Assembly (NCBI RefSeq): GCF_001194135.2
Contig: NC_068989.1
Span: 52,031,357 to 52,095,356 of the forward strand
DNA from: Octopus bimaculoides
Taxonomy: Eukaryota
Length of the DNA: 64,000 nucleotides
Reading direction: 5' to 3'
The position numbers were made by a program, and so were the translations under genes. The notes under the pieces were generated by a model. The model was not told where the DNA came from, made no database searches, and saw only the letters and a list, made by a program, of their open reading frames with translations. How positions within the stretch are numbered: the stretch's first letter is position 1; each line of letters starts with the position of its first letter. Positions 12,868 through 23,030 of the stretch are shown piece by piece.

Positions 12868-13185
12868 CTAAATTATTGTTTGAAGTTAAAAACCCATTTG
12901 TGAGTGGCATTTTATTAGAATTTCGGCCGATTAACTGAATCTCTGTATAAATTGAGAAAATATATATTAACCTGTTTCCGACCTCCGACAACAAGGGAAT
13001 GATAAAGAAAGAGTTAATGTTTGCTAAAAAATATTTAAGCTTATCTGACAAAGAACAGGGGATAGACAGCTTCGTAAACAGTGTAGCGGGATGTTTGAGC
13101 CTTGAAATTAACATTCAGATACCTGAATTTGTTAATCACACAACTCCTTACAGGAGAAACATAGGAAAACCTCGGACCGTTGTAA
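12868..13185 (-). pseudogene. Leucine-rich-repeat-like exon with three in-frame stops (318 bp, phase 1->1)
   Basis: Acceptor ctcactacttttcag| and donor |gtaatt intact; KLKYFLANINSFFIIPLLSEVGNRLIYIFSIYTEIQLIGRNSNKMPLTNGFLTSNNNL shows 23-aa LxxLxLxxNxL-like periodicity. Confidence 0.5.
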
Positions 13186-13634
13186 CTGAAAAGTAGTGAG
13201 TTGTAGGGATAAGAAATTTTGCCAGTCTCAAATTAGTGAGGGTAATCTAATTCTACTGCAACGGTCAATGACGCGTGAAGAGTATTGTATTATTCATTAT
13301 CGATTAACCGAACTGGACACAGCACCTGAATACAGAAACAACTGGAAAAAAAGTGTCTCTTACTGACACTTTTGAATGGACACACGACACTTGAAATAGA
13401 TATTGAAAGATTGCTTATATTGATGCCAATGGAACCTTTCTCATTTACAAACAAATCCGTCACAAAGGGAAATGTCTAAAATGATTCGAAAGTTATAATT
13501 TCCGTTTCTCTTAGTACAACTAAATCCACAATAAATGATGCTTTTCATACACAAGATCGAATCTCGACTTTCGATTGTGCTGCTATTTCCATAAAGTATA
13601 GGTCTAAATTTTGGCACAAGCCCAGCAGTTTCAG

Positions 13635-13812
13635 GAAAGGGGCTATCCCGATTACTGTAACTACAGTTCTCAACCGGTACATATTTTATCGAAATCAAAA
13701 GTGTGAAAGGCAAAGTCGACCACAGTGGGATATGAATTCAGAATGTGAAGACGGATGAAATACCGCCAAGTATTTTACGCGGCCTGCTGAAGGTTCTGCC
13801 GGTTCGTCGCCC
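13635..13812 (-). mobile_element. tRNA-derived SINE (family b), decayed
   Basis: Matches reverse complement of the 47291 copy (aaaggcaaagtcgacc...gaaataccgccaagtattttac...ttctgcc). Confidence 0.8.
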
Positions 13813-14865
13813 TCTTTCCATAAAATATTGAAATAATATCAGTTAGACATATCTTTTCGTGATGCTTTGAATCATTCACGGGCAGTGGGATTTACTTGTT
13901 TTGCAACAGAGATAATAAATCTTTGAATCGCATAGTGTATAATATATTATTTAAACATGGATCGTGACAATTTAGCGCACGCATATAAATGTGCGTGTGT
14001 GTGTGTGTGCGTATGAGTTTTAACTTGCAAATTTAGCATTCGGTGTCGTAGGCAACTACGAGGTAGTATAACAAAAGTTAATTGTAATTTGACACTAGAG
14101 TAATTTAAAATAAATTATGTTTTCAATAAAAAATATTTCAGGTATCATATACATTTTAAAACGACGTTATATACAGTTTAAGTACAATATACTTATATTT
14201 AGAAAGGGAAACGTCCACAGTGTCATAACTTCCTGTGTTTTACATTTCCACGAGGGGAGAAAACTACCTACAGAAAGTTATTCCATTGTGCTAGGTGCAA
14301 GTAAAATGCCTATCAATGCAATCAAATTCCCTCTCTATATTCATTTTGATAACCACGGGTTTTCAATTCGGACTGAAAACTAAGTGAGCGGTGAAATCAC
14401 TTGCACATAAAATTCTGAAGTGACAAATGTTTGTCCGATGAGGAGGTCATTCTCAATATTTTAAGATGCTCAAATGGAATGAAGAAAAAGGTGACTACGA
14501 AAGTCACACTACAAACAGCGCAGTATTCATGTGAGAGTTTCCTCCCCACATACGTATTTGTATACATATGTAAGTATGAGTTATTTCTGCAGGTTCATAA
14601 GCATGAACTAGTGGGTAGCCGCTGTTCACATACGTTTATGTATCATAAAAGAGGTCGAACTTTTCATCTCGCAGAATGTCGAAAGAGAAAATCTCTTTCG
14701 ACATTTTCTGAGAGGAAAAGCATGACCTCCACACCAAGTAATCTCCATATTTGTACCGATTTAGTTACTAATGGTCTCACTATCCGCAGTTTGTACAAAC
14801 CTCATGATGTCATAATTTACATTATTTATATTTGACGGATATTTGTCTTCATCTTGTTTGTTGTT

Positions 14866-14911
14866 AACACAACGTTTCGGTTGATAAACCCTCCAACCTT
14901 CATCAGGTGTC
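14866..14911 (-). ncRNA. Minimal type I hammerhead ribozyme, core intact
   Basis: Stem I GACAC/GUGUU, CUGAUGA + extra A, stem II GGUUG/CAACC, GAAA, palindromic ACGU stem III, GUU cleavage triplet (cut between 14871 and 14870). Confidence 0.75.
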
Positions 14912-14963
14912 TTGGGAGAATTTCGAACCTGGGATCCCATTCCGAAGGTATTTTTCGATGTTA

Positions 14964-14965
<2 letters not shown>

Positions 14966-15024
<59 letters not shown>

Positions 15025-15119
15025 CATTATTATTATTATTATTATTATTAGTATTAGTATTATTATTATTATTATTATTATTATCATTATTATTATAATT
15101 ATTATTATTATTATTATCA

Positions 15120-15172
<53 letters not shown>
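14966..15172. repeat. (ATT)n microsatellite with interruptions
   Basis: Direct inspection. Confidence 0.97.
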
Positions 15173-15244
15173 GTTATTCACGTCACTGCCTGGAATCGAA
15201 CTTGCAATCTTGGGGTTAGTAGCCTGCGCTCTAAACCACATACT

Positions 15245-15410
15245 CCAGGTTCGAAGAAATCTCCCCAAGACACCTGATGAAAGCTGGAGGGTGTATCAGC
15301 CGAAGCGTTGTGTTAACAACAAACAAGAGGAGGACAAATATCCGTCAAATGTAAATAATATAAATAATGTACGTAATTCCTCATGTCTTAAATATAGAAC
15401 TGTATTACAC
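15245..15410 (+). mobile_element. Inverted copy of the Penelope-type tail joined to the 5' end of the tRNA head
   Basis: About 90% identical by manual comparison to the reverse complement of 14815-14932. Confidence 0.85.
15269..15314 (+). ncRNA. Second hammerhead copy, probably inactive
   Basis: GACAC CUGAUGA A AGCUG..CAGCC GAAG CGUU GUGUU: A15.1->G and an A-C mismatch at the first stem II pair. Confidence 0.65.
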
Positions 15411-16524
15411 ATGATGTCAGTTCTGTCTAATGATGTGCACAGATTATANNNNNNNNNNNNNNNNNNNNNNNNNNNNNNNNNNNNNNNNNNNNNNNNNNNN
15501 NNNNNNNNNNNNNNNNNNNNNNNNNNNNNNNNNNNNNNNNNNNNNNNNNNNNNNNNNNNNNNNNNNNNNNNNNNNNNNNNNNNNNNNNNNNNNNNNNNNN
15601 NNNNNNNNNNNNNNNNNNNNNNNNNNNNNNNNNNNNNNNNNNNNNNNNNNNNNNNNNNNNNNNNNNNNNNNNNNNNNNNNNNNNNNNNNNNNNNNNNNNN
15701 NNNNNNNNNNNNNNNNNNNNNNNNNNNNNNNNNNNNNNNNNNNNNNNNNNNNNNNNNNNNNNNNNNNNNNNNNNNNNNNNNNNNNNNNNNNNNNNNNNNN
15801 NNNNNNATATATATATATATATATATATATACAGACACATATATATATACACACATACACACAGACACATATGTATATATACATATACACAAATATAAAC
15901 TTACTTGGGAATGGCTGCGCGGCGTTCAATTCAATAATCGTATAATACATATCTATATATATAAATTTGACATGGGCGATTCTTTCTTGTCTTGCGATTC
16001 ACTGTCAAACGGCTGGGTAGATTTACGTGAAAAATTACACAGATGTGTAGAATGATCCGGTGGTGATGCTGAGCTTTGTAATTTTGTTCATACATCCGAT
16101 GATTACCGAAATAATCTATTATAATAATATTGTTGTGTTTGTGAATGAGAAAGGAAGGGGTGATAGATGAACAAGGAAAGAAGGGGTGGTGTCATACTTG
16201 GTAGTGGGATGATGAATATTGTACGCTAAAACAAATAAATCAAACAGCATTTCAACTCTGTGTGAATATATGTGTGTGTATGTAAAAGGAGTATGTAAAT
16301 GTGCGTGTGCGTGTGCGCGCGCAATGGAAGTCGGATGGTTCATCTTTGTTTGCTTAGTATTTCGGGTTATTTTTTGATTTGATTGAATTTTGGCTGTTCT
16401 TTTATTTGTTGGTCAATTATTTTGAAAGAAAAAAGTCATTCTAAAATTGTTTTTAAACGTAAGCGTGCCCAAACAAGTGTACTGCTTACACAGAGCTGGT
16501 TTTACAGCTACATCAAACAAATCG

Positions 16525-16553
16525 ACCGGGTGAAACCGGGCTTAGCTGCTAGT
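16525..16553 (+). mobile_element. Helitron 3' terminus
   Basis: Hairpin ccgg-gtgaaa-ccgg followed 9 nt later by CTAG (16549-16552) then T; same layout as 25945-25972. Confidence 0.6.
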
Positions 16554-16848
16554 ATATATATATNNNNNNNNNNNNNNNNNNNNNNNNNNNNNNNNNNNNN
16601 NNNNNNNNNNNNNNNNNNNNNNNNNNNNNNNNNNNNNNNNNNNNNNNNNNNNNNNNNNNNNNNNNNNNNNNNNNNNNNNNNNNNNNNNNNNNNNNNNNNN
16701 NNNNNNNNNNNNNNNNNNNNNNNNNNNNNNNNNNNNNNNNNNNNNNNNNNNNNNNNNNNNNNNNNNNNNNNNNNNNNNNNNNNNNNNNNNNNNNNNNNNN
16801 NNNNNNNNNNNNNNNNNNNNNNNNNNNNNNNNNNNNNNNNNNNNNNNN

Positions 16849-16920
<72 letters not shown>

Positions 16921-17697
16921 CAACTGCAAACAACATGACGTACAGATACAAATGGGCTAAATACGCAAACAACGAGACACAGAATGGAAAACAGGACAAG
17001 CATCACAAAGAACGGCCCTTTATTAGTTGATTAGTTGTCGGCTGTCTACTGTCTGTCTACTACTCATTTCGAGCATTCAGCGACAAATATATACATATAA
17101 ACATGTGTGTGTGCTTGTATGTGTGCGCGCATGCGAGTGTGTATGGGTGTGCATGTGTGTGTGAGTGTGTGTGTGTGAGTGTGTGTGTGTGAGTGTGTGT
17201 GTGTGATTGTGTGTGTGTGTGAGAGAGAGTGTGTGTGTGCTTTTAATATGATGTATATTGGGAAACGCTCATCATTTGCCTTGCAAACGGACATAGAAAT
17301 TATCTATTTCACAGATTTCCGCAGATTGGTTATAGAATATTATTTTTGACTGAAAATATCTGACTACTATCACAAATCAGTGGATTATATAGTCCATTAC
17401 AAATGTGATCTTTGTTTCGCACACAATCTTATGAGCATGAAATACCATTCTTTATTTCATTTGAAATCAAAATATAATTTTGCTGAACTAAGCACAGCTA
17501 GGAATTATTTTGTCATTGTATCGCTTTGAGATTTTAATCCATCGTCTCGAATAAATTAATTAGCAAAATAACTAAATGAAGAGAGACATTCAAGTACAAT
17601 ATGACGGTTTGCGGTTAATGATAGGTGAAACGCACACATACTTGTATACATACATATATATATGCTTATGTAAGTATACATACACATATATATGTAA

Positions 17698-17760
<63 letters not shown>

Positions 17761-18697
17761 NNNNNNNNNNNNNNNNNNNNNNNNNNNNNNNNNNNNNNNN
17801 NNNNNNNNNNNNNNNNNNNNNNNNNNNNNNNNNNNNNNNNNNNNNNNNNNNNNNNNNNNNNNNNNNNNNNNNTATGTATATATGTATATATGTATGTATA
17901 TGTAGCATAAAATGGCACCAAGGGACATGACACCGATGTTAGGTGACTTGACTTATGCATATAATGAGTACATTAGTCACTCCTGTTTCTCAGTTCAGAC
18001 TTAAGTATAAACTACAGTTGTCTTTCAGTTCTCTAGCGTCGATGAAACGAATTCCCGAAAGATTTTCCGATTCATTTATATCAACTGTATAACTTCCCAT
18101 TAGAAAATCAGCTATGTGCACAATCAAAGAAAAATCAATATTTCCTTCCATAATAATTGGTAAATCTGCTAGTTGTTACCGTATTAATGAAAATTTATAA
18201 CCGTTGAGTATATCTCTAATGTTTACCATCGAGGCGTTATATCAACGAATTACTAAACTGTAGCGGAATGGACAGCTTTAAGAATCTATCTGTTTAATAC
18301 CCTTTACGAGCACGGCTTAAAACAGGAGATTAAGCTAAAAGCTAGTATCTTGTGATGGAGTTAATGGACCTCTCGAAGCCATTTAGTTTCATGGTGTCTG
18401 CTATATCTAAGCATATTACTATTTGCTGAAAAATTTTTGTTCTTCTACTTGTATTTGTTAGCATCTTGCATATACAATCTGTTATAATGCAATATTATAT
18501 AATTTGTACAAACACGGATGGTAGCTTTGAATTGTTCTTAAAGATGCATAATTATCTTTAGGAAAACTCAGGTTATTATTATTGCGTTCTTGACACGAAT
18601 AGAATATTCCAACAGGAGGCAAAATCACTAACTCCATCAACACTTTAAACTCTATGAACCTTGAGCCAACGGTCGTGTGCTAATGTAGTTGCTTTAC

Positions 18698-18882
18698 CTA
18701 GCGGAATTAGCAGAACTTCTTTCAAATTTCATCGCGCCGTATAAATGAGATATTTGTGGCCACATTCGACATTCAGGTCACATTGATACTTAAAGACGGT
18801 ACGGTTACGGTTAGAATGCATTCGGTCACAGATATCATCTACAAGAGCTGACTGAGAGCTTAACAGCAACATCTTCATGACA
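18698..18882 (-). pseudogene. Candidate LRR N-cap-like exon with one premature stop (phase 2->1)
   Basis: ttattacttcag| ... CTAG|gtaaag; VMKMLLLSSQSALVDDICDRMHSNRNRTVFKYQCDLNVECGHKYLIYTAR*NLKEVLLIPL; phase-compatible with 12868-13185. Confidence 0.3.
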
Positions 18883-19393
18883 CTGAAGTAATAAACAATA
18901 TTAATTCTATCAGCAAGTCATTCTTATATTATCACATAAGCTAAACAAAAAATGTCAAATACAGAAAATATAAAATTACGTATACACTAGTAATCTAAAG
19001 AATGGAATACACAAACTTTCGGGCAAGGTAAAAAATTATAATAAATTCAAATCGATGAATATTTTTAAATGCGACGTTTTTTTCTATAGACCGAGAACTA
19101 GATTATGAATTTAAAGAAATAAAACAAAAACTGATTAATCTCGCACGGTAACTGTATAAGAAATATGATCACAGGAGTCACATAACTTCTACAGTACTAT
19201 AGATATCGAACTCATGCAGGCAATAATTAAAACTCAGAAAATCATTAATAAGATTACTTAAATATCTTAAACATTCATTTCATTTCTTTCCAAACTGGTG
19301 ATTGAACATCCACATGCGTTCGCCATACACATACACATAACGAGCATATTAATACAAGCACAGAAACACCCTCATAGGAGCATGCACGGAGAG

Positions 19394-19446
<53 letters not shown>

Positions 19447-20184
19447 CAGCAGATTGAGAGATAAACAGCAGATTGAGAGAGAAACAGCTATTGAGAGAGA
19501 AACAGCAGATTGAGAGAGACACGGAGAGTGAGAATCAAAGAAAGAGATATAACCGATTTCGAAGTTCTAACTATACTCACGAAAGCTCACTCTTATGATT
19601 ATTGTCATATTGCTCAAAGGCTCGCTTGTTAAAATGTCATGCACGTAATAAACTACTTTTATTGTGCCCGACGTCGAATCTGTGCCCATTAAATCTTTTG
19701 TTTAGAACTTGCTGAACATTTCGTTTCAAGCGGCTGCAATTTTGAAGAAGACTTGAAAGTGCATATTCTCAGAAAATATTCCGTATCTGCTCCACTTTCA
19801 CTTATCAGAATGTATGAGGAGAAATAAGTTTGTGGGTTATTAACATCACGCTCTGGGGGAATGAATAAGATGACAGAATATCATCAAATTTATACAAAAC
19901 TGTTTGATTGAATATTCTTCTCTCTTTTTCTTTCCTTTTTTCTGTCGTCTTTATTTTTTCTGTCTTTTTCGTTTCGCCTGTTATAAAATTGTAACTTAAA
20001 AACGGATGATGTCATTCCATCAACGTGCGAACGCTGGTTGCTCTCGTTCATACTTTACGTTTAAATTTCTGTAATTTTTAATTTTTATCACTTCTTATTT
20101 TGAACTTCTTGACAAAGACAGACGTACTACTGAAATATCGTTCAACTAATAATATCTTGCAATCGAATCGCGCTCTTCATCTTG

Positions 20185-20234
<50 letters not shown>

Positions 20235-20304
20235 AACTACTACTACTACTAATAATAATAATAATACTAATACTACTAATAATAATAATAACAATAATAA
20301 CAAT
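20185..20304. repeat. Compound (ACT)n/(AAT)n microsatellite at the 3' end of a Tx1-like LINE
   Basis: Direct inspection. Confidence 0.95.
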
Positions 20305-21357
20305 ATTTAATTTTTTTGTTGGCCTCAAGGGCAAATACAAATTAGAACATTAAAGGACAACACAAGACGAGAAACAAAGAGTTTTGCAAAAAAAGGTCCG
20401 TGTAAAAGTTTGATAACGAAAATTATACAGCAATTAAAAACTCCCAAGGGGAGGCTCTTTGAAGGTCACTCGTGGAAAATATCCCATAAATCCACGAGTG
20501 CCCGGTCAACAGGGCGAGAGTCCTTTCCACCTTTTATACGTTCTATTACAGGTGTAGAACGCTAGAATGGAACTACTACCGATGGTATTGTCCGGCGGAG
20601 GGCGGTGAGTACTTGATGCTAATCGAGGTGCCAAGCGCCCTTATTCGGTCTACGCTTGATCCAAGATTGCAACTCAGTCAAAGAGACGGGCTGTGGAAAG
20701 GCGAGTTTTATGAACGGTGACCACACCTGATCACTGTCCAGGAACCGTTGCCTAAGCGCATGTCTGCGCATCAGCAAACACGGCATGCCACAATCTCCGT
20801 TCAGCGGCTATTGACAGCAGATGGAGCACCTGACCAGTGATACCTGCCTCTTCCACAGAAAGTGGAAGAGTACGCGCGACGGCTTGGTCAACCAGCAGTC
20901 AGGACAAGGGACGACAGTCAAGCGGTAATAGATGACGTATACGATGTACACATTCGCCATTTCGGCTCGACCTTTCAAGAACAGCTTCCTCTCGGCCCAT
21001 TCCTGGGTGACATTGGCCTCACTGTTCGGCACTTCGTCTCAGCTTTTCTCAACCTGCAGGTCCGCACCGAACCTGACCCCGAGCAATTTAAGGGGACCGT
21101 CTGTCCAACACACCACGACACTGTTGGATGGCATGGACTTGCCTCTCCAGGTACCGAGTTGCAAACCCACCGACTTTTCCACGTTAATTTTCGAACCTGT
21201 CAGCGCTTCGTATTCGCATAGTGTCTCGCCAATCAGGTTGATATGCCTGTGGCTCGGCACCATCACGGTGACGTCGTCGCCGTAGGCAGATACGCTCTTG
21301 TCACATCCTAGATCATGCGGGATGCCCTTCAAAGCCTCCAAATTCCGCAGTAATGGC
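20305..21357 (-). mobile_element. 5'-truncated Tx1/L1-clade non-LTR retrotransposon (RT C-terminal half + 3' UTR)
   Basis: SAYGDDVTV (YADD-like, 21273-21284), KINVEKS, LLGVRFG, WAERKLFLKGRAEMAN, FLWK..VRCSICCQ*PLNG..GMP; stops/frameshift present. Confidence 0.9.
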
Positions 21358-21520
21358 TAGGAATTTCAGGGTAAGAAGTAAGCCGATTGCATCGAACAAA
21401 GTACTCTAATGGCACGTAATTTATTGTCCCCGAAAGGATGAATTCCAAAATCGACTTTGGCGAAACTGAAATCAGGATGTAAAGAAAAGCGAAATTCCGC
21501 TAAGCATTTTCTCCTGCCAC
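21358..21520 (-). mobile_element. tRNA-derived SINE (family b) abutting the LINE 5' junction
   Basis: Minus strand gcaggagaaaatgcttagcggaatttcgc...cctttcggggacaataaattacgtgcc...gttcgatgcaatcggcttac. Confidence 0.75.
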
Positions 21521-21559
21521 CTCACCACCTTACTGTAACTTGATATTGGTTTGAAATTT

Positions 21560-21680
21560 TGGGATAAGGACAGCAGCTTTGGTGAAGGGGGCTAAATAGA
21601 TTACATCAATCCCAGTGTTCAGCAGGTATATATTTTATTACCTGCGAAAGGATGAATGACGGAGTCAGCCTCGGCAGAAT
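21560..21680 (-). mobile_element. SINE family b fragment
   Basis: gattacatcaatcccagtgttcagcaggtatatattttattacctgcgaaaggatgaatgacggagtcagcctcggcagaat matches reverse complement of 47291 copy core. Confidence 0.65.
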
Positions 21681-22868
21681 ACAGTGGTATAATACTGAAT
21701 TAATGTAATGAGAGCTCATACATGTTGTTCGAGGTCGACGTTGCAAACAAATTTCAATGATGATGCATTCTACGATCATAGATGTTGCGTAATCAGATTT
21801 GTCTTTTTTGCACATAAACACTTACATGGCACTGCACTACAAGAACAACACCATTTCTAACTTCATAAATATGTCAGTTTGTTGTGAGGCTATAATATAG
21901 CGTCTAAACGATTTGATCGGATCGACTCGCGGCTTAGAAAATTCTACCAAAATGTCTACTCAGACAGATTGAATTTTTTGTCGTTTTCATAAGTTATTAC
22001 TAAGAATTATAAATTTATTCTCACAACTGTTTCGAAACCTTTATCACTTACGTACAACCAAAAAGTAAATCATGAATAGATAGTCTATATTATGTTTTTC
22101 TCATTTATCATACTAGTAGTAAATAATTCAGATGAGGATTTCTGATAGCATATGTAAACATAGGAATAATTATGGAATTCACGATATTTAAGTAAAGCAC
22201 TTAAAGAAATATACATGACTGAAGTAGTATTGTTATAGAATTATTGATGTTCAGAATATATAATGACATAATAAAAGGCAAAAAAGAAAAAGATAATAAT
22301 GATCTCTAGTAATAAGCACGTACATTCTTTGAAAATATATTTTTTACATATTTCTTTTTCTATCAAATTATTTATATCTTCCCTGAACATATCCATTTCT
22401 TGAAGTAGACGTACTTATACATTTCCTTTAGTTAACAGAATAAAAAAAAGCTAATTATTTACAGTTATCATTTCTTATTATTTTTATATCTTTCTGTCGT
22501 TATCTCATAATTAACTCATACATTGCTTCTCACTTGTGAACAGTTTATGTAGATTTACTTTCTATCTAGATTTGGGAATCAGCTGTCGTTTGTATTCCAT
22601 TGGTGTATGTATCTTTTTCTTGACTTCTAAGATCAAAAAGATTAATATTAACTATTAATATTTAAAAAGGCACGCAGAAACACACTAAAAGCTCCATAAA
22701 TGGTAATCTTTCTTTTTTATGTGACATTGTTTCTAAAACATTTTAAAAGTACACTCAAAAGTTTTTTACTGTAGTATATATTAAGTAAATTTCATGAGTA
22801 GATAAGTTAACAGTCACTGCAAAACGTGGGCTTGCCAGCCAAAAACAGTATGCCCAAGTTATTTGTGC

Positions 22869-22920
<52 letters not shown>

Positions 22921-22924
22921 GATA

Positions 22925-23030
22925 AAGAGAGCAATGGTAAGGTTGGAAATATATTTTATGGATAGGGTCTTACAGCTGTTTCTGGGAAGATCCAGTACTT
23001 CCCTTTGGTTAAATCCAATACCCTCCTCAA
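22925..23030 (-). mobile_element. Possible decayed Penelope-type tail with half a hammerhead motif
   Basis: Minus strand gggaag..cttccc-a-GAAACAGCTGTA-agaccc (stem II, GAAA, palindromic stem III, GUA); CUGANGA half not recognisable. Confidence 0.4.

Larger units (their letters stand above)
14815..15243 (-). mobile_element. SINE-like element: tRNA(Arg)-like head + (AAT)n + Penelope-type tail with hammerhead ribozyme (retrozyme-like)
   Basis: Minus strand: A-box-like gtggtttagagcg, B box GTTCGATTCC (15192-15201), (AAT)n 14966-15172, then cccaggttcgaaattctcccaagacacCTGATGAaggttggagggtttatcaaccGAAAcgttgtgtt. Confidence 0.8.

Noticed and set aside
14431-14835. 134-aa ORF MSDEEVILNILR...
   Set aside because: No recognisable motif, and it runs into the Penelope-type tail; not supported beyond length
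15177-15240. tRNA-like sequence (and similar SINE heads at 41977 and 47291)
   Set aside because: Acceptor and T stems do not close properly and heads continue into SINE bodies; not functional tRNA genes
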